Counted from the first letter of the stretch, positions 11,641 through 23,095 are shown. The stretch is DNA of 64,000 bases from an uncultured Thermoleophilia bacterium (GCA_963715985.1 CAVQSP010000014.1:480001-544000), one strand, 5' to 3'. Numbers and translations: made by a program. The notes: generated by a model not told the origin, from the sequence alone.

Positions 11641-12917
11641 TGAGTGCTGATGAGGGACGCTCCGGCGGCGACGGAGACGGACGGCCGTTCGCGTCCGTCG
11701 CCGACGCGCTCGACGACCTGCGCGAGGGCAAGATGGTCATCGTCTGCGACGACGAGGACCGCGAGAACGAGGGCGACCTCACGATGGCCGCGCAGTTCGC
11801 CAGTGCCGAACGCATCAACTTCATGGCCAAGGAGGGCCGCGGCCTGGTGTGCCTCACGCTCACGCCTCAGCGCTGCGCGGAGCTCAATCTGCCGCCCATG
11901 ACGGTCAAGAACGAGGCGCGCCTGCAGACGGCGTTCACGGTGTCGATCGAGGCGCGCGAGGGCGTCACCACCGGCATCTCCGCCGCGGACCGAGCGCACA
12001 CCATCCAGGTGGCCATCGACCCTGAGTCCAGGGCCAGCGACCTCGTACAGCCCGGCCACGTGTTCCCGCTGATGGCGCGTCCCGGAGGCGTGCTCGAGCG
12101 CGCGGGGCAGACCGAGGCCGGCGTGGACCTCGCGCGGCTCGCCGGCCTGTACCCGGCGGCCGTCATCTGCGAGATCATGAACGACGACGGCACCATGGCG
12201 CGCGTGCCGGACCTCGTCCCCTACGCGCACGCGCACGGCCTCAAGATCATCACCGTGGCCGACCTGATCAAGTACCGGCGGCGGAACGAGAAGCTCGTCC
12301 GCCGTGCCGCCACCGTGTCCATGCCCACGAAATACGGCGAGTTCAGGGCCGTGGGCTACGAATCCGTCATCGACGGCGGCCACCACGTGGCGTTGGTCAA
12401 AGGCGACGTGGCCGGGCGCCGGGACGTGCTCGTCAGGGTGCATTCGGAGTGCCTCACCGGGGACACGTTCGGCTCGCTGCGCTGCGACTGCGGCGAGCAG
12501 CTCGCAGAGGCGCTGCGGCGCATCGAGGACGAGGGCCTCGGCGTCGTGTTGTACATGCGCCAGGAGGGCCGCGGCATCGGCCTCCTCAACAAGCTCAAGG
12601 CCTACGCGCTCCAGGAGCAGGGGTACGACACGGTGGAGGCCAACGAGGAGCTCGGCTTCGCACCCGACCTGCGGGACTACGGCATCGGCGCGCAGATCCT
12701 CGCCGACCTCGGGCTGTCCACCATCCGCATCATGACCAACAACCCCAAGAAGATCGTGGCGCTCGAGGGCTACGGCCTGCGCGTCACCGGCCGCGAGCAC
12801 ATCGAGGTCGCACCTCAGGACGACAACGTCTCGTACCTGCGCGCCAAGAAGGACAAGATGGGCCACCTGCTCGAGCACGAGGACCTGTTCGCGCAGGAGG
12901 AGGGGGTGGAGGGCTGA
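11640..12917 (+). CDS. ribBA: bifunctional DHBP synthase / GTP cyclohydrolase II
   Basis: [57 protein letters not shown]. Confidence 0.96.
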   Translation: MSADEGRSGGDGDGRPFASVADALDDLREGKMVIVCDDEDRENEGDLTMAAQFASAERINFMAKEGRGLVCLTLTPQRCAELNLPPMTVKNEARLQTAFTVSIEAREGVTTGISAADRAHTIQVAIDPESRASDLVQPGHVFPLMARPGGVLERAGQTEAGVDLARLAGLYPAAVICEIMNDDGTMARVPDLVPYAHAHGLKIITVADLIKYRRRNEKLVRRAATVSMPTKYGEFRAVGYESVIDGGHHVALVKGDVAGRRDVLVRVHSECLTGDTFGSLRCDCGEQLAEALRRIEDEGLGVVLYMRQEGRGIGLLNKLKAYALQEQGYDTVEANEELGFAPDLRDYGIGAQILADLGLSTIRIMTNNPKKIVALEGYGLRVTGREHIEVAPQDDNVSYLRAKKDKMGHLLEHEDLFAQEEGVEG

Positions 12918-12966
12918 GGCGCTGCGCTGCCGCCCTCCCCGACGACCAAAGCAAAGGAGCCGCACC

Positions 12967-13431
12967 ATGACGACCTACGAAGGCATGCTCAACGGCACGG
13001 GGATGAAGTTCGCCCTCGTCGTCGGCCGCTTCAACGAACTCATCTCCACGCGCCTGTACGAGGGCGCCTTGGACTGCCTGCGGCGGCACGACGTCGCCGA
13101 CGGCGACGTGGACACCGCCTGGGTGCCCGGCGCCTTCGAGATGCCGCTGGTGGCCAAGCGCCTCGCGGCCAGCGGCAAGTACGACGCCGTGGTGTGTCTC
13201 GGGGCCGTGATCCGCGGCGGCACGCCGCACTTCGACTACGTCGCCGGCGAGGCCGCCAAGGGCATCGCCAAAGTGAGCCTGGACACCGGCGTACCGGTGG
13301 TCTTCGGCGTGCTCACCACCGACACGATCGAGCAGGCCGTGGAGCGCGCCGGCACCAAGGCCGGCAACAAGGGCTGGTCGGCGGCCGCCACGGCGCTCGA
13401 GATGGCGAGCCTCGGGCGTACGCTGCCCTGA
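12967..13431 (+). CDS. ribH: 6,7-dimethyl-8-ribityllumazine synthase
   Basis: [36 protein letters not shown]. Confidence 0.96.
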   Translation: MTTYEGMLNGTGMKFALVVGRFNELISTRLYEGALDCLRRHDVADGDVDTAWVPGAFEMPLVAKRLAASGKYDAVVCLGAVIRGGTPHFDYVAGEAAKGIAKVSLDTGVPVVFGVLTTDTIEQAVERAGTKAGNKGWSAAATALEMASLGRTLP

Positions 13432-13603
13432 TTCCTCCGCGCGGTGGAGGCGGGACGGAGCCACGAGCTCTCGCGGCGCCGGGCGCCACGGGTGCCGGGG
13501 GCCGAGCCACTTGCGGTGTGCGCCGGGACGGGGCAGACTGCGCGGGTGCGCCGTCGTGTGATCCTCTGGATCTGAAGAACGCGAGAGAGGCAGGAGGCCC
13601 CCT

Positions 13604-14158
13604 GTGGCAGGCACCACGGAGTCGGGCGGCACGACCCGACTGACCGTCAACGGACGCCCGTACAGCTTCGTCCTCGGCCACGATCTGTCCGCCTCGGCGA
13701 CGCTGGCTGAGGTCCTGCGCGATCGCCTCGGCCTCACCGGGCTCAAGGTCGCCTGCGACGAGGGCGCCTGCGGCGCCTGCACCGTGATCGTGGACGGGCG
13801 CGCCGTGCTCTCCTGCATGACGCTGGCGGTCGAGGCCGCCGGCCGCGAGATCCTCACCGTCGAAGGGCTCGCCGACGACGACCCGGTCGTGCAGGCCTTC
13901 GCCTGCCAGTGCGAGCCCGGGCATGGCACCGCGCTACAGTGCGGGTTCTGCACCCCCGGCGCCGTGATGACCGCCAAGGCCTTTCTGAACGAGAACCCGG
14001 CGCCGACGCTGGACGAGGTCCGCGAAGCGCTGGCGGGCAACCTCTGCCGCTGCGGCTGCTATCAGGGCATCGCCCGGGCCGTGCTGAACGCCGCCGCGAC
14101 GCTGCGCGAGCGGCGCGGCCAAGCCCAGCCGGTCGCGGCAGGGAGGGCGGAGGCGTGA
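13604..14158 (+). CDS. xanthine-dehydrogenase-family small subunit, 2x[2Fe-2S]
   Basis: KVACDEGACGACTV...SC and QCGFCTPG...NLCRC. Confidence 0.92.
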   Translation: MAGTTESGGTTRLTVNGRPYSFVLGHDLSASATLAEVLRDRLGLTGLKVACDEGACGACTVIVDGRAVLSCMTLAVEAAGREILTVEGLADDDPVVQAFACQCEPGHGTALQCGFCTPGAVMTAKAFLNENPAPTLDEVREALAGNLCRCGCYQGIARAVLNAAATLRERRGQAQPVAAGRAEA

Positions 14159-16679
14159 ACAGCCACCGTAGGGACGCTATCGAGGGGGGCGCCGAAGGCG
14201 CACCCCTCCGCGCCTTCACGCCACGAGAGCCACGGCGCTTCATCGGCACGTATCGCCCGCGCATCGACGCGCTCGAGAAGGCCAGCGGCCGCGCCGAGTA
14301 CCTCGACGACATCGCCCTCGGCGTCAAGCTGCCGGGCATGCTGCACGCCAAGGTGCTGCGCAGCCCGTACCCGCACGCTCGCATCCTCAGCATCGGCACG
14401 GCGAGGGCCGAGGCGCTCCCCGGCGTCCACTGCGTGCTCACGTACGCGGATCCCGGAGGTCGCGGCGCTCAAGCCCACCACCAACGCCTGGACCAGCATG
14501 AACACCGCCGGTTACAAGCAGATGTACTGGCCCAGCCTGCGCGACCGACGCGTGCTGAGCGACCACGTCACCTGGGTCGGCGACGAGGCCGGCGCCGTGG
14601 TCGCCGCCGAGACGGAGGAGATCGCCGAGGAGGCGCTGCGCCTGCTCGAGGTGGAGTGGGAGGAGCTGGCGTTCGCGCTGCGGCCGCCGCAGGCGCTGGC
14701 CGCGGACGCCCCGCTCATCCACCCGGAGGTCAATCCGTCCAGCAACCTCTTCCCGGTGGCGGAGGACACGCAGGAGGACGTCTTCTACGAGCGCGGCGAC
14801 GTCGGGCAGGGCTTCGCCGCCGCCGACGTGGTCGTGGAGGTCACGTCGCGCCACCACCGCGCCGACCACGGCTGCCTGGACACCCGCGGCTGCCTGGTGC
14901 GCTGGGAGGGCGGCAAGCTCACCTGCTGGACCAACCTGTACCAGGCCGACCAGACGCGCATGCACATCGCCGAGATGCTCGACCTGCCGCTGAACAAGGT
15001 CCGCGTCATCTGCCCCTACCTCGGCGGCTCGTTCGGGCGCGGCAATGTAGGCGACCAGATCTTCTTCATCTTCACCGCCATCCTCGCCCGCCGCACCGGC
15101 CGCCCCGTGCGCTTCAAGCACACGCGCCGCGAGGACTTCCACGACACGCGCAACTCGGTCGAGTACTGGCTGCGCGTCGGTGCCACGCGGGACGGGCGCA
15201 TGACGGCCCTGGAGACGCACGCCCTGGGCGACAGCGGCGCCTACGCCGAGCACACGCACGCGGCCGTCAAGATGGTGCTCGAGCTCGACGCCCTCGAGGT
15301 CCTGCTGCCGCGCATCCCGGCGGTACGCCTGAAGGGCCACTCCGTGTACACGAACAGCATCCCCGGCGGCTGCATGCGCGGCATCGGCAACATCCAGTTC
15401 AACATGGCGATGGGTCTGGCCGTGGACGAGCTCGGCCGAGAGGCTGGGCATGGACCCCATCGAGGTGGCGGTGCGCAACTTCAGCCACGAATGGGAGGAG
15501 ACGCCCAACCGCAGCCTGCAGGCGGTGTTGGCGGCCGGGGCGGAGCGCATCGGCTGGGAGCGTCGCGGCGCCCCCGGCGCCGGTGAGCCCGGGCCGGACG
15601 GCAGGCTCCGCGGCCTGGGGTTCTCGTTCCACCACGCCTGGCACGCCGCCTGGCAGGAGGAGGCGCGCGGTCGCGTCCAGGTGGGCGTCACGCTCAATCC
15701 GGACGGCTCCGTGGTCCTGGACGCGCCGCAGGCGGAGACCGGCACGGGCTCCAACACCTGCGCCGTGCTGGCCTGCGCCGAGTCCATGGCGTCCCTCGGT
15801 GTCACTCCGGACGACGTGGAGTGGGTGCGGAACACCGACACCGAGACCGGCCTCAAGGACATGGTCCAGACCGACAGCGCCGTAGCGTACCTCCACGCCG
15901 AGGTGATGGACCTCGCCGTGGCCGACATCCGCGCGCAGCTCTGCCGCACGGCGGCCGCGATGCTGAAGGTGGAGGTGGATGCGGTGGACATCCGCGACGG
16001 GCTCGTTCTCGTCGGCGGCGCGGAGAGCGGCGCCACCGTGCACGACGTTCTGCAGGCGCCGGACATGCTGCCCTTGCGGGCGACGGCCACGGAGATGCCC
16101 CCGCTGGCCAAGACCGGCGCCCCCTACCTGGCGTCCTTCGTGGAGGTGGCCGTGGACACCGAGACCGGCAAGGTCGACGTGGAGCGCCTCGTCATCGTCC
16201 ACGACGCCGGCACGGTGATGTATCCGCCGGGCGCCGAGGCGCAGCAGATCGGCGCCCAGGTGCAGTCCGTGGGGGAGGCCCTGTACGAGGAGATCGTCTA
16301 CGACGAGGCCACCGGCCGGCCTCTCACCTTCGATTGGATCGGTTACACGATGCCCACCATGCTCGACATGCCCACCGTGGAACCCGTCCTGCTCGAGGTG
16401 TGGAAGGGCGCCGGCGAGTACGGGGCCTGCGGCGTCGGCGAGTCCGCCATCACCTGCACGCCGCGCGCCATCCTCAACGCCGTCTACAACGCCACCGGCG
16501 CGCGCATCAACGAGATCCCCGCCAAGCCGGAGAAGGTGCTCGAGGCCCTGGCGCGGCTGCGTGACGGCCGGCCCGGCCTCGACGAAGAGCTGACCGCCGA
16601 GGTCCGGCGCCGCCTGGACAGGGCCACGAGCTTGAGCGCCGCCGGCACCCGCTCTGCCGACCAGGAGGTGGCGCCGTGA
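14155..16679 (+). CDS. xanthine-dehydrogenase-family molybdopterin-binding large subunit (frameshifts near 14452 and 15440)
   Basis: DALEKASGRAEY..D, LRSPYPHARI, YLGGSFG, MRGIGNIQ, ETGTGS, HDAG, GACGVGES, NAVYNATG. Confidence 0.88.
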
Positions 16680-19106
16680 CCTTCTCGCATCACAGCGCCG
16701 ACACCGTGGCGCGGGCCGTGGAGCTGCTGGCCGAGTCCGGGGCCGGCGGCCGCGTCGTGGCCGGCGGTACCGACCTTCTCGGCCTCATCAAGGACCGCGT
16801 GCATCCGGAGGAGCCCTCCGCGCTGGTCGACCTCAAGAGGGTCCCCGGCCTCGATCACATCGAGGAGCGCGACGGCGGGCTCGCCCTCGGCAGCCTGGCG
16901 CGGCTCAGCGACCTCGAGCGGGACCCGCTGGTCCGTGAGCGCTTCCCGGCCCTGGCGGAGGCGGCGCACGCCGTCGCTTCACCGCAGCTTCGCAACATGG
17001 GCACGGTGGGCGGCAACATCTGCCAGGAGCCGCGCTGCTGGTACTACCGTGCCCCCGAGGACACGTTCCACTGTACGCGCAAGGGCGGCAGGTACTGCAA
17101 CGCCTTCACCGGCGACAGCCGCTACCACTCCGTCGCCGGGTCCATGACGGTGCACACGCGTCCGTGCACGGCCGCCTGCCCCGGGGATGTGGAGATCCCC
17201 GAGTACATGGAGCTTCTCCGCGCCGGCGACGTCGACGCGGCTGCCCGGCGCCTGCTGGCGCGCAACGCCTTCCCGGCCGTGACGGGACGGGTGTGCCCGC
17301 ACACCTGCGAGGACGAGTGCAACCGCGGGCTCTTCGACGACGCGGTCTCGGTGCGCGAGGTGGAGCGGTATCTCGGCGACCACGTGCTCGACCATCCCGA
17401 GCTGCTCGGCGCGCCGGCGCCGTCCACCGGCCGCAGGGTGGCCGTGGTCGGGTCCGGCCCCGCCGGCCTCGCGGCCGCGTACCACCTGCGGCTGCGCGGC
17501 CACGGCGTCACCGTGTTCGAGCGCGCCGACGAGCTGGGGGGGATGCTGCGGTACGGCATCCCCGAGTACAGGCTGCCGCGCACCGTGCTCGACCGCACCG
17601 TGGGTCTGGTGGAGGGCCTCGGCGTCGAGTTCCGCACCTGCATGTCGCTGGGCGAGACGCTGGACCTCGGCGCGCTGCAGGCTGAGTTCGACCGCGTGGT
17701 CATCGCCACCGGGGCGTGGGCCCTGCCGCGCATCGGTCTTCAAGGGGAAGAAGAGCTCGGCGCGGGGCTCGCCTTCCTCAGGGCCGTGGCTCAGGGCGAG
17801 CGCCGTGTCCCCGGCCCTCGCGTCCTCGTCATCGGCGGCGGCAGCGTGGCGATGGACGTGGCCGTCAGCGCACGCCGCCTCGGCGCCGAGCAGGTCACCG
17901 TGGCCTGCCTCGAGACGTGCGAGGAGATGCCGGCCCTGCTCGAGGAGGTGGAGGATGCTCTGGCCGAGGGCATCGAGCTCGTCCCTTCGTGCGGTCCGGC
18001 GCGCGTCCTGCGCAGCGGCGACGCGATCACCGGGATGGAGCTGGTGCGCTGCACCTCGGTCTTCGACGAGAACGCCTGCTTCTCACCGGCGTTCGACGAC
18101 AGCAGCCGCGAGACCGTGATGGCCGACGAGGTGATCCTCGCCGTCGGCCAGCGCGTGGACGCGGCCGCCCTCGAGGCCGCCGGCCTGCCGCTGGAGGGCG
18201 GCCGTCTGGCCGCCGACCCGGTGACCCAGCGCACGGCGGTGGAGGGCGTGTTCGCCGGCGGCGACGTGTCCACGGGCCCGGCCACGGTCATCGCCGCCAT
18301 GGGAGCCGGCCGCCGCGCCGCCGCGGCCATCCACGCAGGAGCTCGCAGCCCCGGACCCGGTCGGGGCCGAGGGGCCGGCGTCGGCGACCGCAGGCGGACC
18401 GGCCTTGCAGGCGTTCGACCCCGCCTGTGTCGCACACTCGGCGCGCTGTGGTGCGGCCTCTGGCAGGCCGGCGGACCGCACGCTGTGCGACGAGGACTTC
18501 TGCACGATCGACGCGCCCTCGGTGGCGAGCGAAGCCTCGCGCTGCTTCAACTGCGGCTGCGTCGCGGTGGTCCCGTCGGATCTCGCCCCGGTGCTCGTGG
18601 CGCTCGACGCCACCGTCGTCACCACCACCCGCGAGATCCCCGCGGGCGCCTTCTTCGCGGCCGTCGAGGGCGGCTCTACTGTGCTCGAGCCCACCGAGCT
18701 CGTGCTCGAGGTCGTGCTGCCGCCGGACGCGGCCGCGCGCCGCTGCGCCTTCCGCAAGTTCCGCCTGCGCAATGCCATCGACTTCCCGATCGTCTCGGCG
18801 GCGGTGTCGTTCCGGGTCGAGCACGGGTCGATCGAGGATCCCCGCGTGGTCCTCGGGGCCGCCGCCCCCGTGCCGTTGCGTGCGGCCGCCGTCGAGGCGG
18901 CCCTGGCGGGACATGCGCTCGAGGACGTGGGCTCGCGCGCGTTCGGCCGTCACCTCACGGAGCGCGTCCTCGAGGGCTCCGTCACACTGCCGCACAGCGC
19001 GTACAAGGCGCAGATCGCGGCGGCGCTGGTGGTGCGCGCGGTCCGCCGGGCGGCAGGTCTGCCCGAGCAGTCACGGGAGGACTCGGCGCGAGGTCAGGAG
19101 CTGTGA
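16676..19106 (+). CDS. XDH-family FAD subunit ([4Fe-4S]-insert type) with internal GltD-like NAD(P)H oxidoreductase module (frameshift near 18340)
   Basis: VAGGTDL, ASPQLRNMGTVGGNICQEPRCWYYR, then PCTAACP / GRVCPHTCEDEC / GSGPAG / GGMLRYGIP / IGGGSVAMD / FAGGD, then EASRCFNCG-CVAVVPSDLAP and KFRLRNAIDFPIV. Confidence 0.85.
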
Positions 19107-20179
19107 GCAGCTCGCGCGAGGACGCAGGCGTCGGTCGCGATGCGGCCCAGGATCGCTCGCCGGTCCGGGTGGTGACCGTGGGCATCGGTGAGATGGGCAA
19201 GAAACTCTGCCTGACGCTGCTCGAGAGGGAGGGCATCGAGATCGTCGCGGCCTGCGACAGCGACCCCGGCATCGCCGGCAGGGACCTCGGCGACGTGATC
19301 GGTCTGGGCCGGACGCTGGGCATCACCGTCCGCGCAGGCGTGGACGAGGTGTTCCGGGGCGTGAAGGCGGACATCGCCCTCTTCAGCACCGTCACCGATC
19401 TGGAGGAGCTCACCCCACAGATCCTCGCCGCCCTGGACGCCGGGTGCGACGTCATCTCCACCTCTGAGCCGCTCTCCTACTCCTGGCGGACGTCGCCCGA
19501 CCACACGGCAGCGCTGGACGCCGCCGCGAAGGCGCGGGGGCTCACTGTGCTCGGTACCGGGATCTGCCCGGGGTTCCTGCCCGACGTGGTGCCGATCGTG
19601 GCCACCCTGGGCAGCCGCCGCATCGACCACATCGACATCAAGATCTTCGGCGACGTGTTCCCCTACGGCCCGAGCGTGTGGAAGGGCATGGGGCTCGGCC
19701 TCACCGAAGAGGAGTACGGCCGCCGGCTCGGGAACGAGGTCGACATCGAGTTCGCCGAGCCGGTCGACCAGGTAGCGGCCGCCATCGGCATGCGCCTCGA
19801 TGAGGTCCGTGAGGCGAGCCGGCCGTTGCTGGCGCCTCACGACATCCGCGTGGGGGCGCTCGAGGTGGGGCGGGGGAGGGTGTGCGGCTTCGTGCAGACG
19901 ACCTCCGGCTACGTCGGGGAGCGGGAGGTCATCCGCCTCACGGTCGAGGGCCCCCTCTGCTGCGACCTGCCGCCCTTCACGGTCGAGGTCAAGGTCACGG
20001 GCAAGCCCAACGTCAAGCTGCGCCTGGAGCTGGAGCACGAGGACGGCTGGTCGACGAGCACGGTCGTGGCGAACATGGTCCCCCGCGTGCTCGAAGCCCG
20101 TCCCGGCGTCGTCGCCATGAAGGACCTGAAGCTGGCCGGCGCCGTCGACGGGGACGTGCGGGCCTTTCTCGCGGACTAG
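19103..20179 (+). CDS. 2,4-diaminopentanoate dehydrogenase / native amine dehydrogenase-like (DapB-like N-terminus)
   Basis: VGIGEMG, GCDVISTSE, LGTGICPGFLPD, TVVANMVPRV..ARPGV; GTGA overlap with the upstream gene. Confidence 0.7.
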   Translation: MSSSREDAGVGRDAAQDRSPVRVVTVGIGEMGKKLCLTLLEREGIEIVAACDSDPGIAGRDLGDVIGLGRTLGITVRAGVDEVFRGVKADIALFSTVTDLEELTPQILAALDAGCDVISTSEPLSYSWRTSPDHTAALDAAAKARGLTVLGTGICPGFLPDVVPIVATLGSRRIDHIDIKIFGDVFPYGPSVWKGMGLGLTEEEYGRRLGNEVDIEFAEPVDQVAAAIGMRLDEVREASRPLLAPHDIRVGALEVGRGRVCGFVQTTSGYVGEREVIRLTVEGPLCCDLPPFTVEVKVTGKPNVKLRLELEHEDGWSTSTVVANMVPRVLEARPGVVAMKDLKLAGAVDGDVRAFLAD

Positions 20180-20230
20180 CGGCAGGACTCCCGCAGGCCG
20201 GATGCAGCGGGCCCCTGAAGGCGGCGGGTG

Positions 20231-20290
20231 TTGAATAGCGCGCGCCAACGTCTCATAATGCACGCGTCTTGGGGTGGTATGTCCATATCA
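20231..20290 (+). promoter_or_regulatory. sigma70-type promoter plus TGGTAT-N4-ATATCA operator upstream of AOR
   Basis: TTGAAT(20231)-17 nt-CATAAT(20254); palindrome at 20275-20290. Confidence 0.65.
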
Positions 20291-20365
20291 CTCCGTGGTC
20301 AGCTCCGGGCGGCGGGTGGCGAGCGTGGGCGACGCTCCGCGCCCCGGGAAAGGATGTGAGCGACC

Positions 20366-22081
20366 GTGACCGACCTCCTCAACGTCGACCTGACGCACGG
20401 CAGCGTGGCGAGGGAACCCCTCGGCGTGGACCTTGAACCCCTCGGCGGCCACGGCCTCACGTCGGCCATCGTCGCCAGAGACGTCCCTGCGGACGCGGAC
20501 CCCCTTGGGCCCGGCAACGTCCTCGCGATCGCGGCCGGCATCTTCGCCGGCACGTCCGTGCCCAACGGCGGCAGGCTGTCCGTCGGCGGCAAGAGCCCGC
20601 TCACGGGCGGCATCAAGGAGGCCAACTCGGGCGGCTCGGCGGCGCGCGCGCTCGCGGGCCTGGGCCTGCGCGGCATCAGGATCGCCGGCCGCGCCGACGG
20701 TCTCAGCGTGCTCGAGGTGAACGCGGACGGCGGTAGGCTTGTGCCGGCGCCCGAGCTCGCGGGGCTCGGCTCCTATGCGACCGTCGACATGCTGCGCGAG
20801 AAGTACGGCGACAAGGTCTCGTTCATCTGCATCGGCCCCGCCGGTGAGCTGCAGATGAAGGCGGCGGCCGTCATCGTCACAACGGCCGACCACTACCTGC
20901 GCGCGGCTGCCCGTGGCGGCCTCGGCGCGGTGATGGGTTCCAAGAACCTCAAGGCCATCGTCATCGACGGCGCCGGCGGCGCCGGCGTCGCGGTCGCCGA
21001 CCCCGCGGCACTCAAAGACGCCTCAAGGGCGCTCAGCAAGGGCATCCTCTCCCACCCGGCCATGGCCGCCCTGGAGGCGCTGGGCTCGGCTTTCCTCGTC
21101 AACCTCACCCAGTCCATGGGCTGCCTCGCCACCAGGAACTTCTCCGCCGGGCAGTACGAGAACGCCCAGCAGATCACGGGCGAGCACATGGTCGAGATCA
21201 TGAACGCGCGGCCCAACGGGCGATGCCGAAGCACAGCTGCATGAGGGGCTGCATCATCAACTGCTCGCAGGTGTACACCGACGAGGACGGCGAGGTGATC
21301 ACCTCCGGCCTCGAGTTCGAGACCATCGGCCTGGTCGGCTCCAACTGCGAGCATCGACGACCTCGACGAGATCGCCCGCATCGACCGCATGTGCGACGAC
21401 CTCGGGCTGGACACCATGGACGTGGGCGCCGCGATGGGCGTCGCCATGGAGGGGGGTCTCCTGGACTGGGGCGACGGCCCCGCCGCGCTCGAGATGCTGG
21501 GCAAGCTGACGGCCGGCGACGAGAACGCCAGGCTGCTGGCGAACGGCTGCGCCGCTACGGGCAAAGCTCTGGGCGTGGCACGCATCCCCGCCGTCAAGGG
21601 TCAAGCCTTCGCCGCCTACGACCCGCGCGTGCTCAAGGGCACGGGCTCCACCTACGCCACGAGCCCGCAGGGCGCCGACCACACCGCCGGTAACGCGCTG
21701 CCGAGCCCGGCGAATCCCATGTACGACCCGGCGTCGGCGGAGGGCCAGGCGCAGATCTCCGAGTTCCTGCAGTGCTACTTCGCCGCCATCGACTCGCTGG
21801 GCATGTGCCTGTTCGCCACGCTGCCGGCGCTCGACATCCCGGAGCTGCAGGGCCTCATGGTGGCCGCCGCCGCCGCCGTCACCGGCGAGCAACTGCCGGA
21901 CGACTACCTCATCAAGATGGGCGACCGCATCGTCCGCGAGGAGCGCGACTTCAATCGCCGCGCCGGTTTCACTGCGGCCGACGACCGGCTGCCGGCGTTC
22001 TGTGTGGAGGAGCCGGTGCTGCCGTCGGGCAACCGCTACGACGTGGCGGAGTCCGACCTCGACGCGATGTTCGCGAGCTGA
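20366..22081 (+). CDS. aor: tungsten-type aldehyde:ferredoxin oxidoreductase (frameshifts near 21225 and 21350)
   Basis: KSPLTGGIKEANSGG, IGPAGE, AARGGLGAVMGSKNLKA, CMRGCIINC, EFET, CDDLGLDTM, YDPR, GADH. Confidence 0.88.
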
Positions 22082-22104
22082 CCCCGGCAGACGAGGGGAG
22101 GGAC

Positions 22105-22947
22105 ATGGCGGCAGAGACACGATCCGGGGATGGGAAGAAGCGGCCGGCTGCGAACGGGGCGGACGCCGGCGAGGCCTTCATCGTTCGCGCCCTGGCCAAG
22201 GGCCTCGCCATGCTCGGCCTCTTCGACGCGGTGCATCGCGAGTGGACGCTCGACGAGATGGTGGCCGAGCTCAAGCTGCCCCGCATGACCGGCTATCGCA
22301 TGGCGCGCACGCTCCAGAGCGCCGGGTACCTGGTCACCGACGCGGCCAGCGGGAGGTACCGGCTGGGACCCGCCATGCTCGCCGCGACCTACCTGTCCGA
22401 AGGCTACGCCGAGCTGGTCGCCATCGCACGGCCGTACCTCGAGTCGCTGGTGGAGCAGACCGGGGAATCGGCCACGCTGGCCGTGGATGTGGACGGCGTG
22501 GCCGTGTGCGTGGACATGGTCGACTCGTCACGGCCGCACAAGCGGGAGGTCGCCGTGGGCCGCGTCATCGGCGACACCGCCAACGCGCACGGCAAGATGT
22601 TCGTCGCCTCCCGGCCGGACGACGAGCGCGCGCGCATCATCGCCATGCCGCACGCGCGGCTCACGCCGCGGACCATCACGGACCCGGCCGAGCTCGAGGC
22701 CGAGCTGCGGCGAGCCAGGGAGGAGGGCGTCGCCTTCGACCTTGAGGAGCGCAACCTCGGGACCTGCGCCGTGGCCGCCCCCGTGCGCGACCAGATGGGG
22801 CGCGTGATCGGCAGCGTGGGCCTCGTCGTGCCCACCGGGCGCTTCGGGCTGGAGGAGCAGGCGGCGTGTGTGGACGCGGTCAAGGCCACCGCCGCCGCAC
22901 TCTCGGGCTTCCTGGGCTATGCGGAGGCCGAACCCTCGGCCGAGTAG
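22105..22947 (+). CDS. IclR-family transcriptional regulator (paralog 1)
   Basis: RALAKGL..L HTH, YRLGP, TGESATL, AHGK, AVAAPVRD. Confidence 0.9.
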   Translation: MAAETRSGDGKKRPAANGADAGEAFIVRALAKGLAMLGLFDAVHREWTLDEMVAELKLPRMTGYRMARTLQSAGYLVTDAASGRYRLGPAMLAATYLSEGYAELVAIARPYLESLVEQTGESATLAVDVDGVAVCVDMVDSSRPHKREVAVGRVIGDTANAHGKMFVASRPDDERARIIAMPHARLTPRTITDPAELEAELRRAREEGVAFDLEERNLGTCAVAAPVRDQMGRVIGSVGLVVPTGRFGLEEQAACVDAVKATAAALSGFLGYAEAEPSAE

Positions 22948-22971
22948 CGCTCGCCTCATCACGAGCACTAC

Positions 22972-22998
22972 CTGCGCCCGGCCCTTCGCCGGGCGCAG
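22972..22998. terminator. GC hairpin after IclR-1
   Basis: CTGCGCCCGGC-ccttc-GCCGGGCGCAG; no U-tract. Confidence 0.45.
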
Positions 22999-23017
22999 TG
23001 CCGTGCGGGGCCGGCAC

Positions 23018-23075
23018 TTGAATCGCGCTGCCCGATACCTTACGGTAGGATGCGTAAAGTGATATGTGAATACCA
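23018..23075 (+). promoter_or_regulatory. promoter plus TGATAT-N4-ATACCA operator for the 23.1-32.2 kb operon
   Basis: TTGAAT(23018)-17 nt-TACGGT(23041); palindrome at 23060-23075. Confidence 0.65.
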
Positions 23076-23095
23076 TTGATGAGAGGGCGTGCCGC

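Noticed and set aside
10368-12968. Many long antisense or alternate-frame ORFs (e.g. 866 aa here, 817 aa at 32107, 860 aa at 56308)
   Set aside because: Shadow ORFs expected at high GC. They are Arg/Ala/Gly/Pro-rich, have no motifs and overlap well-supported genes.
16676-20179. 1167-aa ORF fusing the FAD subunit to the amine dehydrogenase
   Set aside because: The middle is off-frame after the indel near 18340. The true FAD C-terminus is in the frame ending at 19106, and the AmDH starts at GTG 19103.
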